The position numbers and the translations under genes are program-made. A stretch of 64,000 nt of DNA from Eledone cirrhosa (lineage: Eukaryota): assembly GCA_964016885.1 (NCBI GenBank), contig OZ024747.1:92256001-92320000 (forward strand), given 5' to 3'. This document shows, one piece after another, positions 13,062 to 27,939 of the stretch; positions within the stretch are counted from its first letter, which is position 1; every line of letters starts with the position of its first letter. The notes under the pieces are model-generated. The model saw nothing but the letters and a program-made list of their open reading frames with translations, made no database searches and was not told where the DNA came from.

Positions 13062-15587
13062 TAATAATGACGGGGAAGCAGTGGAGGAATGGGCCATTAC
13101 CCGCGACCTCACAATCATGCACGATGCAAAAGACAATGCATCCTTCCAAAGCGCCCGCTAGAGGAGAGGATATAACCCCGACCTAGCTTTCGTATCATCT
13201 AGACACTACCAGAATTTTGACAAATTAATTGGTGACCCAATACCCAAAACCCAAGTCCCAACACCGACCGATGGTCATCGAAATGAAACCTGTTATCAGA
13301 CAACGAGAGACGGCGCCTAAAGCCAGGTTTAACTTCCGTAAGGCTGGGATCCCCAACATCCGTCCAAACCCACTGCAGTATGATGACTTCCAAACACTGG
13401 TGTGGGAGGCCGCAAAGAAAAATATCCCAAGAGGCTGCAGGAAGTCTTACATCCCAGGACTCAATGAGCAAAACAAAGAAATGTACCAGGAGTACGTCCA
13501 GGTGTATAATTACGACCCATTTGCCATAAACACCATAGAGCTCGGAGAGATCCTGACAGCCTCGATCAACAATGAAAAGAAAGAGCGCTGGCAAGAAGTC
13601 ATAACCAACATCGATATGACTCATAACAGCAAAAACGCTTAGGCAACCATAAAAAAATTAAGCTCTGAAAAGAAACCTCAACCAAGAATAGCTGCCGTTA
13701 CGAACGAAGTGGCACACCAACTGCTACTCAACGGTAAGCCCAAGAATAGAGAAAAGGAATATCTAAGGGAAATGAAACAGGACATGAACCGTGCCATGCA
13801 CAACTCTGACGAAAACTTTGAACCATTTAACATGGAAGAGCTGCATGCAGCTATGAAACACCTTAAACCCGGGAAGGCAGCCGGCCTGGATGGCATCACA
13901 GTGGAGGTGATACTGCACTTTGGAGAAATGGCGAAAACGTGGCTGCTGTCGCTCTTTAACAACTGTGCATCAGCCTGTCAAATACCAAGGACATGGTGAA
14001 GAGCTAGAGTGGTGGCTCTCTGGAAGCCTGGCAAAGACTTGGCATCTCCATAGAGCTACCGACCAATATCCTTACTGTGCACCCTTTACAAATTATACGA
14101 GCGCATGATCATGGCTCGCTTGTCCCTTACTGTAGAAGAACAACTATCTCCAGACCAGGCTGGCTTCCGACCCGGCCGATCATGCTGCGGTCAAGTACTG
14201 AACCTGACTCAATACATCGAGGATGGATTTGAGGCCAAACAAATTACCGGAGCAGTCTTTGTCGACCTCACAGCTGCCTATGACACCATTAACCACAGAG
14301 CACTTCTTTTAAAGGTGGCCCAAACAGTTCGGAACACCACTACAGTCCGCATAATTGAGTCACTGCTCATCAATCGGCGATTCTTTGTTGAGATGGATGG
14401 CAGGCGAAGTAGGTGGAGGGTCCAGAACAACGGACTCCCACAAGGCTCTGTGCTAGCCTCTATGGTGTTCAACATTTACACAGATGACCAGTCGCAGTTC
14501 CACAATATTCGTAGATTCATATATGCGGATGATATCTGCATCGCAACACAGTCAGGCTCCTTTGACACATTCGAGGAAAGACTATCAAATGCCCTGACAA
14601 CTCTCTCTGCATACTACAAAAAAATGGTACCTTAACGCTAATGCCAGCAAAACGCAGGTGTGTGCCTTCCCTCTTAACAACCACCAAGCAAACAGGAAAC
14701 TAAAAATCAGATTGGGCAACAATGAACTGGAAAACCACCCTCATCCAGTTTACCTCAGAGTTGCCCTTGATAGAACGCTCTCTTTCAAACAACACATAGA
14801 CAAACTTAAAAGTAAACTGGCAACTAGAAATAATCTCCTCAGCAAACTAACCAACACCAGCTGGGGTGCAGATCCCATAACACTGAAGCAAACAGCACTG
14901 GCACTCTGCTACTCCACCGCAGAATATTGTTCACCAGTATGGGCAAGGTCGTGCCATGCAAACAGAGTTGACCCAGAGTTGAACAAATCATGCCGGATGA
15001 TCACCGGAATATTAAAAGCAACTCCCCTTCCAGCCGTATACACTCTTGCCAGCATTCCACCGCCCCACATACGACGAGAGGTCAACGCAAAAACTGAACG
15101 GTACAAACAACACGATCCCAGGCATCCACTCTATGGCCACCAGGAAATAAGAAGACGATTAAAATCTCGAAAAAGCTTCTTAACCGTGGATAGCCTGGAG
15201 CATGCACAATCGGCGGCATACAGGTTGGAGAAGTGGAGGGAGAGTGACCGCCGCCCACCCAACGCGGCCTTACTAAGCCCAAATGAAAGCCTCTGCAATG
15301 GAACATCTCTTAGCAGAAAGAATTGGGTAACCCTAAACAGGGCCAGAGCCAGAACGGGCAAAACTGGAGACAACCTCCACAAGTGGGGATTGGCCACCTG
15401 CGCTGAGTGCCCTTGCGACGAGACCTCCCAGACCAAAGCCAACATCCTCCGTCGGTGCTCACTGGGACCCACATGCTCCGACCAAGACCTGATGGAAGCA
15501 AACGACGCTGCACTTCAATTGATACGGCACTGGCGCGACAAGATATGATATGATGATATATATTAATATATATATATATATATATTT

Positions 15588-15865
15588 ATTAAATAACAGA
15601 TTAAAGTTTAAGCAAAGAATCGCTGCTTTCACCCTTAACGGGATCTTCTGAAACTAACAAAGTTAATCTGTAAACGCAGAACTGGATATTTCAAAAAACG
15701 TTGCAACCGGAGGAAGACAGGAAGACGATACTTTGGTTCGTGGAAACGTTCGCAACCGGAGGAAGACAGGAAGACGATACTTTGGTTCGTGGAAACGTTC
15801 GCAACCGGGGGAAGACAGGAAGACGATACTTTGGTTCGTGGAAACGTTCGCAACCGGAGGAAGAC
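15588..15865 (-). mobile_element. PLE-like family H fragment with internal 49-bp tandem triplication
   Basis: Matches 26130..26300. The unit gcaaccggaggaagacaggaagacgatactttggttcgtggaaacgttc is repeated ~3.3 times at 15703..15865. Confidence 0.65.
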
Positions 15866-16744
15866 ATATATATCTTTAGGTTTGTTGGTTCACCACTGGA
15901 TAGAATTGGTCATTCCGTATGGTAAATCTTGGTGTAATATTGTGGAGAGTACTCAAAGTAGTGCAGTTCACTCGTCTTCGTTTGTGCAGTGGTGGTGCGA
16001 ATACGGAGTTAATTATAAATAAAATAACAGGAGGCTGGACTGGTGTAAATCCTTGAAAGGTTTATTATACTATGATCATTTCAATGACCGGGTTCCATAT
16101 GAATCCGGTGATATCATCAGGTATTGGAATATAACAAAGGAATATGTAAAAAAACCATGGGTCCGAAAAATCAGAGACAGAAACAAAGAGGACGACTGAC
16201 CAACTAGCCGCCTTCACCTCGGCCAGTCGCCCTCAAAGTGATGGCAACTGAATCTACTAATGACCATCTGGTGAAGGGGCGAAGGCTTATAATGCACTAC
16301 CACCTCTCCGTCAGAGAAAAAGGGGAAGAAAGAAAGAAAGGAAGAAAGAAGAAAAAAAGGAAGAAAGAAGTCAGCGTAAGGGTCACACTGCATTCATGCT
16401 AGAAAATGCCGCGAAAAATTCTACTCCAAAGAATCTATATTTAACAAAGGCATATAGTGGGTGTCTGTATGGTCTAATGTGTGAACCGAAAATTGGACGG
16501 CTATTTCAGTCCAGAAATAACCGTAGAAACGGCTTGAGCTCTGCCGTCGGGGTCTTGAACATTTTCCTAAATATATATAGTTCGGAATATCAGAAAACAA
16601 AAAGAAGAGGAGTAAATGTTACAAATATTATTAGTTTCACGCTTAGTGAGAGTGGGGTTGTGGTTGCGACGTTTCGGGCATAAGCCCTTCATCAAGAGAG
16701 TGGGGAGAGGAACACCGAGAAGGAGTTAGCGAGAAAAAAGATAC

Positions 16745-16775
<31 letters not shown>

Positions 16776-16843
16776 TATATATATACATATATATATGAGT
16801 ATATATTTCCATGTATGTATCTATATGTATATATGTACATATG

Positions 16844-16913
<70 letters not shown>

Positions 16914-17139
16914 GAAGTTAATATGCCCACGGGTACTAAGTATCCCTGGAAATATATAGGTTGTCTATGATACAGGGTTGTTCAATGGTATTAATTTGAC
17001 ATACCAGAACTATAATATTGAACAAGCAAAATTCAAACAATTTTTTTTAAATAAATTAAAAAATATAATTTAAATATTTACCTACTCCAGTGCTTTTACC
17101 GATCGGTTATTGTTTGAATTTTGCTTGTTCTGCTTATCT

Positions 17140-17185
<46 letters not shown>

Positions 17186-17198
<13 letters not shown>

Positions 17199-17375
17199 TA
17201 TGCACACTACCATGCACCTCAGCATCACAAGACGCCATATATATATTTATATATATATACATATATATGCACACTACCATGCACCTCAGCATCACAAGAC
17301 ACCATATATATATATATATACATATATATGCACACTACCATGCACCTCCGTATCACAAGACACCATATATTTATA
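17186..17375. repeat. Three tandem ~60-bp units with variable (TA)n spacers
   Basis: tacatatatatgcacactaccatgcacctcagcatcacaagac occurs three times. Confidence 0.8.
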
Positions 17376-18153
17376 TATATGTAATGCAGTCATTAGTCAT
17401 TAAATGTACATAAAAACCTTGGCTATAGATATACATGTGAGAGAATAAGAGAGAAGGGCAATGAAAAGCAGAACGTAAGAGTCTCATGAAATATAAGCCC
17501 CAAAATAGAAAATCACCAGCGAATATTGATATGTCTGTGTGTGCTTACATGTATTTAAGTGTGTGTATAGTGCGCGTGTGTAAGTGTGCACCTTCGTGAT
17601 CATGAAAGATGGAGGATATCTGAGAAAAAATAATAAAGAATATTAAATAAAAATACCTGTAATATCGACACAACCGCATCCAGTCACGGTTTGCAAGCTG
17701 AACATAACTTGAAAATATTTTAGTTATTTTTTTTATGTTGGATTCTCTAAATATATAAATGTCTCCTCTGGTAAAAATAAGAAAATAAGATTAAGAAAAT
17801 ATATTTATCGATGTTTTGATAAAGTTGCTAACATTCCAAAGTGTGACAAATGTTCACATACTCAAAAGTTCATATGGGCGGTATATGTCACTTGAATACT
17901 TTATATAGAAAGATTTGAATACACGACAACATTGTTTTGTTGTTTTTTTTTTTTGTTGTTTTTTTTTTCATTATAGAAATATTTATTTACTTTATGCAGT
18001 ATTACATAATTGTATTCCCAATGTAAAATGGGAGGAGTTATCTTTTAGAATTAATGTAATTTTCTTGATTAATATAGATATCACCTAACGTATTTTTGCA
18101 TGTGTTCGTATAAGGGCCCCTACAGTAAAATATTTATGATGGAGATAGAAAGA

Positions 18154-18213
<60 letters not shown>

Positions 18214-18280
18214 AAAGAGATGAAATCGAAAATGCAACTGGCGTCTTATTTTTTTTTTAAATATATATATTTATTTGGTT

Positions 18281-18318
18281 CCTTTACCGGTTTCGCAGTT
18301 CTTCTGCTTTTCAAAAGG
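18281..18318 (-). ncRNA. Type I hammerhead with U3-A8 core (family B)
   Basis: CCTT-TTGAAAA-GCAG(AAGAA)CTGC-GAAAC-CG-GTA^AAGG on the minus strand. Confidence 0.6.
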
Positions 18319-18362
18319 TGAGTTGAGATGGAGGGTAACCACAGACCCTCCATCTCAACTCA

Positions 18363-18403
18363 CCTTTTGAAAAGCAGAAGAACTGCGAAACCACCGGTAA
18401 AGG
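18363..18403 (+). ncRNA. Type I hammerhead with U3-A8 core and 3-bp stem III (family B)
   Basis: CCTT-TTGAAAA-GCAG(AAGAA)CTGC-GAA-ACC(ACC)GGT-A^AAGG. Confidence 0.6.
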
Positions 18404-18534
18404 AACCAAATAAATATATATATTTTTTTTTTAAATAAGACTCCAGTTGCATTTTCGATTTCATCTCTTTTTCTTTATACTTTCACTCGTGTAGGACACC
18501 TCGGTTATTTTTCATTTTGTAAAAAAAACCTCAC

Positions 18535-18618
<84 letters not shown>

Positions 18619-20004
18619 TGGGAAAATATTAATTTAATCAATTAGTGTGGGTGAGAAGACTGTCCCTCTGGGAAGAATCTTAAATTATTGATTGTTTATT
18701 TTTCAAATGGGGATACATATTTTTAGCAACTATGCCATCTTAGCTCATAAAATAAAACACCATGTCAAAATACAAAAATATATTCGGTCAGTAAAGTAAA
18801 AAGTCACTGGTTTCTTAGCCACTCCAGTTTACTTGTCTGTCAGACTATGCGTTGGTTTTAGTAATATATGTTTAGTAACGTATTTTTCTACGAGAAGTTG
18901 ATTGTCCCTCACTGAAACCTCCTCCATTTCTGGAGAAACGATCATTCTGAGTTGTCTCCTATGACCCTTCTCACGGCGCAATTCTTTGAGAGAGAGTGAA
19001 CGAAAGAGAGAGTTTTTGAAAGGACCAAAGAATGAACGTCGTACTTGACTGATTCTGTATTTAGTGAGCCTGAGAAGGTGAAGGGTAAATATAAACTTAG
19101 AACGCAGACAGCCAGAAAAAAATATCGCAAGACATTCTATGTGACGCAGTATTAACCCCACCAATTTGTTCCCTTTCCCATCTATTAACAATTAGTTAAG
19201 GATCTATTAATGACCTGAGTTAAAGGCGGATAAAGGGGCAATTGCCATGGGCCCCCTGCAGTGGGGAGGCTCCACCAGCGACGGCAGTAGCAATTTATTT
19301 GTAAAATTTGAATGGAGATGGTGCAAGGACAATTAGGGATATGATATTGGTGGAGCATTTGGAACCAATTTTATTACTATATGTAAACAATATTTTGTAA
19401 CTGTTAATTTCTATCATTGATTTGTTTCGAAGTTTTATATAAGATTATTGTGGTTTAATATCTAAATTTCTGTTTTCCCTGTAGATTATTTTAAACGTTA
19501 ATTCCACTTATATTCATCGTTATAAAGCAGACAGAAGCAGTCCGCAAGTTAATATCTATATTTATATTTTAAACAGAAACTTAAATATATTCAATAAGGA
19601 AATTATTCAAAGATGTATCCAATAATGCAAATAGTTCATAATTAATTTAGTACGCTGTTAGCTAATAACCAATATCGATAAACTATTTTGAAGGGTTGTC
19701 GCCGAAAATTATACATATTTGGTGGTGAATTATAATTCACGACCAAATACGTATAATTTTTATATATCACGCATGTTTTGAGATGCGAACAACTCAAGTG
19801 ACCCGGTTGCTAAATTTTGAAGAGCTCACCACTGAGTTCAAGTATTGATGAAGCACTGAATATCCGAGTAGAATTTGTTAAAGATGATGTAGAGGCGCTT
19901 TTAGATTGAATCTTCATAAAAAGCAATATTTATGAGGGTTAGATCAGTATAATGAATGACGCGTGAGTCATGTACCTTTTTAACGTCTTTAGGGATCAAT
20001 GAGT

Positions 20005-20348
20005 GAAGACGCATGACTTAGTGGTTAGAGCATTGGGCTTGCAATTGAGAGGTGGTGAGTTCAATTCTCGGACCGGGCAATGCGTTGTGTCCTTGAGCAA
20101 GACACTTTATTTCACGTTGCTCCAGCTAACTCAGCTGTAGAAATGAGTTGTAACGTCACTGGTGCCAAGCTGTATCAACCATTGCCTTTCCCTTGGACAA
20201 CATTGGTGGAGTGGAGAAGGGGAGACTGGTATGTATGTGCGACTACTGGTCTTCCACAAACAAACCTTGCCCAGGCTTGTGCCTCGGAGGGAAACTTTCT
20301 ATGTGCAAAACCATGGTCATTCGTAACCGAGTGGGGCCATTATTATTA
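20005..20348 (+). mobile_element. tRNA-derived SINE
   Basis: A box tgacttagtgg, B box gagttcaattc, gtgtccttgagcaagacactt body, (TTA)n-like tail. Confidence 0.75.
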
Positions 20349-20614
20349 GGGATGAATGGGTATATTTAAGTCTAAATGATGAGAATAAATTGTTGCTAAA
20401 AGTTGGCTTCATTCATCCTAAATAGATCTCCCACTGATCACCGACCTTAAACCTTATATTACCCTATACCTAGTTCCCATTTCCATCAAATGTAACTCAA
20501 TAATTTGCTCATAATAGTGAGGCATGGGGAGAGCTGGAGAGACGGAAGCAATGACAATGGGAATTTAGCTCCTTTGTGTTCGGACCTGGTGTATATATAT
20601 ATATATATATATAT

Positions 20615-20978
<364 letters not shown>

Positions 20979-21988
20979 CACAATCATTCAATTACCATAT
21001 TTCTAATGTAAGATATGTTTATGATTTTCACACGGATTTTGCCACTATCGTGGCACTCATATTCTCCTTATATGTATATAACTGCTTGTCTTCATTCATT
21101 GTATACGTTCCCTCATTGCAATTATTTAAAACACATCAATATCACATACATATATATTATCTAATATATTCTAATATTCTTTAAAACATTACTCAGTCCG
21201 ATGTGAAATTCAACGGAAAACTCCTATTTTTAATCAAAAGCAATATCATTATCTAGGTATGTTTATATTGACATATATAAACTTGTTATAGAATGTCTAG
21301 TTACCCACCTATCTTCTTTGATGTGCTTACACGTCACTGCATATGTCTGCTTGCAGCTCATGAATGTGTGTAACTATTTAAATTTGAAAACAAACAATAC
21401 ATTCACCCATATATAATTGCTTTCTCAGCTTCTTTTCCAAATAATTGCGTATGGAAAAGAGTCGAATTAAGTTATGGTCTGACATTTGGTCAGTAACACA
21501 CATAATTAAACCATCAATCTTACTTTGACTCTTTGTCACACAGAAAACTGTGAGAGACTTTTGTACTGATGAGAGACTTTCGTTGCAAGCATTAATCAAG
21601 TAAAACAGTTTACTCACTGCTCAAACGTAAGATATTTTAGATTTATTTACTAAATACTTTCATTATTTTTCGGAGGTTTTTTTGTTGTTTTTTTTAGATT
21701 TATACAACACCTGGTATAACAAAGAATGTAGAATGGTTATTATCATCAGATTTTAGACACTCTTGTAACAAAAAATATCATTACCAACAGCAATACCAGC
21801 GGCAGTGCCATCTACCGGCTACAAATTATACTTACATCAGCCTCGATGACAGACGCACTACCTATTCTATTACATCATTATTGTCTTTTTTTTCAACAGT
21901 TGCAGCCTCATATTTCTCCATCATAGTTTCGACTATACTTTTGGAATAATGTTGCTGACGAACTATCTTTCCACTTATATATTTCCAG

Positions 21989-22188
21989 ATGATTTTAAGA
22001 CTGGCGAAGAAACTCAGGATGTCTCAGACCGGGATCAGAAAGCTGCAATCATCTTGTCACTTTCTGACTTGCTGGTCACCCGAGACGGCAGGGGTCACTT
22101 TCTGCAATCAACTAACGTTGAAGAAAATGTTCAGAATCTGAATGCAGAAAGCATACGAGGGACTTGTCTGGACCCAGTGACGGCCTGA
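21989..22188 (+). CDS. Possible terminal exon of an unknown gene
   Basis: ctgac branch-like motif, pyrimidine tract and atttccag acceptor, then the open frame DFKTGEETQDVSDRDQKAAIILSLSDLLVTRDGRGHF...DPVTA*. Non-repetitive sequence, no recognisable domain. Confidence 0.3.
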
Positions 22189-22532
22189 GTTTCATATTCA
22201 TGAATGAGAACTGTATAAATTTCTCTTTTAGAGAGATTGAAGGTCCAAATATTCATCATTTTATTGAGGGAGTTCGAGATAAGGCCTCTACAAGCTCAGC
22301 ATATTCGTGAATGACAACGGTATTAATTTCTCGTTTAGAGAGCTTGGGGGTCCAAATATTCATTATTTTATTGAGTGGGTTTCAGACAAATCCTCTACAA
22401 ACTCATCATGAATAATCCTCAAGTGTTACTACAGATATGATCTCTATGTAAATTAATTCAAATGTAAATTAATTAAACATTAATTCGTGAGTAATATCAA
22501 TATTTAACCAGAGCGAGTTGCTTCTATTTCAT

Positions 22533-22741
22533 GTGAACAGCATCAGTAAAGCGTCGGACAATATGATTTGTGGCACAGAGTTACGGCCCTTTATGGCCTG
22601 AGTTCTAATCCCGCGGAGGTTAGCTTTGCCTTTCATCTTTACGGGGTCGATAAAATAAGGTACCAGTAATGCACTGGGGTCGAGTCAATCGACTTTCCCC
22701 TTCTCCAAAATTGCTGGCCTTCTGCCTATAGTAGAAACCAT
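22533..22741 (+). mobile_element. tRNA-derived SINE (major family)
   Basis: B box gagttctaatcc and central motif ctttgcctttcatctttacggggtcgataaaataaggtaccagt. Confidence 0.75.
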
Positions 22742-23110
22742 GGTTATTATTATTATCGATCTATCGCGCAATGTGGTGGTAGTGATGGTAGTAGTAGTAG
22801 CTGTGGTGGTGGTAGTGATGGTAGTAGTAGTAGCTGTGGTGGTGGTGGTGGTGATGGTGGTGGTAGTAGTACCTGTGGTGGTGGTGGTGGTGGTAGTAGT
22901 AGTAACTGTGGTGGTGGTGGTGGTGGTAGTAGTACCTGTGGTGGTAGTGGTGATGGTAGTAGTAGTATTGAGGGTGAGCATGAATGAGAAGAACGTAATA
23001 ACGAAGTAGGTATAAGATCATTCGTTCTCTCGGTTAGGGCTACATTGTTAGCTCAATAATTCTGATCAACACTGACAGAAGGCTGATACTTGTCAAATCT
23101 CGCTACTGTG

Positions 23111-23969
23111 CTCTATTTCAATATTACAAGCTCTATTTCAATATTACAAGCTCTATTTCAATATCACAAGCTCTATTTCAATATCACAAGCTCTATTTCA
23201 ATATCACAAGCTCTATTACAATATTACAAGCTCTATTTCAATATCACAAGCTCTATTTCAATATTACAAGCTCTATTTCAATATTACAAGCTCTATTTCA
23301 ATATTACAAGCTCTATTTCAATATCACAAGCTCTATTTCAATATCACAAGCTCTATTACAATATCACAAGCTCTATTTCAATATCACAAGCTCTATTTCA
23401 ATATCACAAGCTCTATTTCAATATCACAAGCTCTATTTCAATATTACAAGCTCTATTTCAATATCACAAGCTCTATTTCAATATCACAAGCTCTATTTCA
23501 ATATTACAAGCTCTATTTCAATATTACAAGCTCTATTTCAATATCACAAGCTCTATTTCAATATCACAAGCTCTATTTCAATATTACAAGCTCTATTTCA
23601 ATATCACAAGCTCTATTTCAATATCACAAGCTCTATTTCAATATCACAAGCTCTATTTCAATATTACAAGCTCTATTTCAATATCACAAGCTCTATTTCA
23701 ATATTACAAGCTCTATTTCAATATTACAAGCTCTATTTCAATATCACAAGCTCTATTTCAATATCACAAGCTCTATTTCAATATCACAAGCTCTATTTCA
23801 AAATTACAAGCTCTATTTCAATATCACAAGCTCTATTTCAATATCACAAGCTCTATTTCAATATCACAAGCTCTATTTCAATATCACAAGCTCTATTTCA
23901 ATATTACAAGTTCTATTTCAATATCACAAGCTCTATTTCAATATTACAAGCTCTATTTCAATATTACAA
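23111..23969. repeat. 20-bp minisatellite, ~43 units
   Basis: ctctatttcaatat(c/t)acaag in perfect register. Confidence 0.95.
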
Positions 23970-24100
23970 TGCATGAAACATATATATATACGTATAGGTA
24001 TGTATCTATGCAAATATTCATCCATTATGTTGTTCCATATATGTATGGATGGTTTTTTGCTTATATACTTGTTTGCGTAAATATTGGGATACAAAGTAAA

Positions 24101-24147
<47 letters not shown>

Positions 24148-24149
<2 letters not shown>

Positions 24150-24333
24150 CGAAGGAAGTGTGGTAAGGAACCACATGGACCGTAACGTACTAGAGTACTC
24201 AATAGTAGAGTGGGTAATAGGAAAATGTTCAAGACCCCGACGGCATAGCTCAAGCCGTTTCGACGGCTATTTCAGTCCAGAAATAGACGTCAAAACGGCT
24301 TGAGCTCTGCCGTCGGGGTCTTGAACATTTTCT
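24148..24333 (-). mobile_element. PLE-like family A fold-back element
   Basis: Family A 3' end at (TA)n. Palindrome centred on ctatttc-agtcca-gaaatag. Confidence 0.75.
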
Positions 24334-25134
24334 TATATATATATGAGTTTCGATGCCAAATTGTATCAACCTTTGTATATATATTTATATATATATTTGG
24401 ATTACATCGGTGCCGTGAGGAAAGAAAAACTTTTTGCATGTATGACAGCTTGCTTTTCACAAAAACACCTTTCACTGGCTTTTCCTTCGGAAGGGAACCT
24501 TGTAGGTGCAAGCCTATGGACATTCATAACCAATACCTATGATGAAAACCTCACACTATACTATACACAGCAATATAAGCTACATATTAGCATTATTGTA
24601 AACAGTACATACACGGCTTCTTACGTACAACACTAGTCAGTAAATCCTTCAATACCATAATTTCAACATTCTACTCCTACATCCTATTATGACACTGCAC
24701 AATATCGATAAATATGTATTTAATATTGTTCTTTGCAAAGCTTGAAGAATTCAGAGGAGGAAAAAAAACTGTGCGATGCTCATGATTTAATAAAAGATAC
24801 ATTATTAAGAAAATAATATATTTTTTTAGACGAAACTTTAATGTTGTGCAATAACAATATCTATCAATACGGTTGTCTCAATGACTTCTTAAATCGATCT
24901 ATTGTAACGTTTATAAAAGGAAAACATCCTGATTGAGTAGATATCAATGATTTTTTAATTAAATACTCTTCTTTCTGGAAGTAAATATAACCATATTACA
25001 TTTTCTCTTATATATAGATGCAGGTATGGCTACGTAGTTAAAGAATCTGGCATGAAAATAATGTCTGGACAAATTGGAGAGGATTTGCATTCATACTAAC
25101 ACACACACATACATACTACATATATTATATGTAC

Positions 25135-25331
25135 ATTGGATTAGTTGTATCGATAAGGCGTCGGACAACATACTTCTCATCCCTTTACGTTCTGAGTTCA
25201 AAGTCTGCTGAGGTTAGCTTAAACTTTCATCCTTATGGGATCGATAAAGTAAAGCACAAGTAACACAATGGAAGCGGTTTAATCGACTTCCTCACCTCCA
25301 GAATTGTTGGCTTTGTGCCTACATCAGAAGC

Positions 25332-25335
<4 letters not shown>
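25135..25335 (+). mobile_element. Older copy of the major tRNA-derived SINE
   Basis: gagttcaaagtctgctgaggttagc...tttcatccttatgggatcgataaa. Confidence 0.65.
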
Positions 25336-25366
<31 letters not shown>

Positions 25367-25885
25367 GATTCTTTGCTTAAACTTTAATCTGTTATTTTAA
25401 TAAATATATATATGTATATATTTAATACAATAACAGAGAAAGCCTTAAGCGATACTCTGACCAACTCCATCTTACTCAACAAACATTAGGATACACCTAA
25501 GTATTTCCCCAATTTAGTGTTTGGGGTGCTAACTAATCAGTATTTCGTGGATAGCTGGTTGTATTATTTTATGAGACATAAATAAATATCTCTTTCCTTC
25601 CAGACGGCCGTTTCGTTATAAGATTTTTACAATTTGGGATAAATAATTTCCAGGTTATGTAGAAACTTGTATATAATCCATAGTTTTATACACAAGCGGG
25701 CTCTTATAAACTCATCAGTGGATGCCCAATATATATATATAACCAACCGGAGATTTATAATAAATTGAAGTAAAATCCAACAGGTGCGTGTTTTTATTGG
25801 GAACATGACCTTTCCAAAGTATAACAATATATATATATATTACAGACAGACTCATATATATATATGTGTGTGTGTGTGTATGTAC

Positions 25886-25954
<69 letters not shown>

Positions 25955-26225
25955 TAACAGATTAAAGTTTAAACAATCCGTTCAGAGTACTTCTCCTCGA
26001 ACCACCTAATAGAATATTAGTCTACGACTTCATTTATGCCATAAACGTGGTTTTATCTTTGCGTGTAATTGTTTTCACCGCTCCAAATTATGACGTATTA
26101 TCTTTGTCTTTTTCCGTTCTTTGCCAGGGAACGTTTCCACGAACCAAAGTATCGTCTTCCTGTCTTCCTCCGGTTGCAACGTTTCTTGAAATATTTACTT
26201 CTGCGTTCACAGATTGATTTTTTTT

Positions 26226-26276
26226 AGTTTCAGAAGATCCCGTTAAGGGTGAAAGCAGCGATTCTTTGCTTAAACT
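26226..26276 (+). ncRNA. Hammerhead-like fold with U4A core (family H)
   Basis: AGTTT-CAGAAGA-T-CCC(GTTAA)GGG-T-GAA-AGCA(GCGATTCTT)TGCT-T^AAACT. Same motif at 15605..15655 (-) and, more decayed, at about 36582..36632. Confidence 0.5.
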
Positions 26277-26383
26277 TTAATCTGTTATTTTAATAAATAT
26301 TTGCTCTACGGTTCTTATATATTTGATATATATTTATCCTTATCGAGCCCTCTTTGGATTTTAGTCTTCATATTTATTATTAT

Positions 26384-26447
<64 letters not shown>

Positions 26448-26626
26448 TGCATAACGTCGAGAGAAACGCTAAGCCAATATGTCGAAGGGAAATACTTCAT
26501 TGTATTTATTCCTCCAGAGGTTGTACAGACTCTACTTCCTTGTCACGCTCACTGTCGCCATCTTGTAACTGGTTCATTTGTAACTTATAACCAACAATAA
26601 TATTGTTCACAAAATACATGATCCAG

Positions 26627-27622
<996 letters not shown>

Positions 27623-27877
27623 GTCAGCTCAAAAGTGACACAGAGGAGACTGAGGTTGGCTGGACATGCTCACCGACATCCAGAGTTGACATTGCACTCA
27701 GTGCTCCTTTGGGAGCCCCTACATGGACACACTAGAAGGGAAAGACCAAGGTTAACATATGTTGATGCCCTAAGGACAGACACTGGTCTGTTGGAGATGC
27801 AGGATATGGCAGCGATAATGAGGGACAGAGACCGCTGGAGAGAACTCGTCCATGGATCTCGGGAATTTTACCCGCCT

Positions 27878-27938
<61 letters not shown>
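27623..27938 (+). mobile_element. RTE LINE 3' fragment with (TAGA)n tail
   Basis: [22 protein letters not shown]...VLLWEP.HG..RR.RP..TYVD.L..DTGL...M.DRD.WR. Confidence 0.85.

Positions 27939-27939
<1 letters not shown>

Larger units (their letters stand above)
12340..15555 (+). mobile_element. Full-length, mutated Vingi/Ingi-type LINE (APE + RT)
   Basis: SFNVEG, CLQETH, GDFNSH (APE); QAGFRPGRSC, FVDLTAAYD, GLPQGSVLA, FIYADD (RT); CYSTAEYCSPVW and WVTLNRAR...LHKWG...C.C C-terminus. (TGA)n-like tail. 12-bp TSD atatatattaat at 12328..12339 and 15556..15567. Several stops and frameshifts. Confidence 0.85.
18211..18541 (+). mobile_element. PLE-like family B fold-back element
   Basis: Inverted arms 18211..18336 and 18345..18473 with an 8-nt spacer, (TA)n on both sides. 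A non-inverted copy is at about 40357..40557. Confidence 0.75.

Noticed and set aside
15703-15865. CRISPR-like appearance of the 49-bp repeats (also 17186, 45500, 61231)
   Set aside because: Tandem repeats without unique spacers, eukaryotic context, no cas genes.
16082-16126. CTGATGA...GGAAC CCG GTC on the minus strand as a hammerhead
   Set aside because: GAAA is mutated and stem I is out of register. At best a relic.
18829-19191. 120-aa minus-strand ORF in unique sequence
   Set aside because: No recognisable domain or strong splice or start signals. Cannot be distinguished from chance.
23090-24166. 358-aa repetitive ORF
   Set aside because: The 20-bp unit is not a multiple of three and has no stop. 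No codon-level selection signal.
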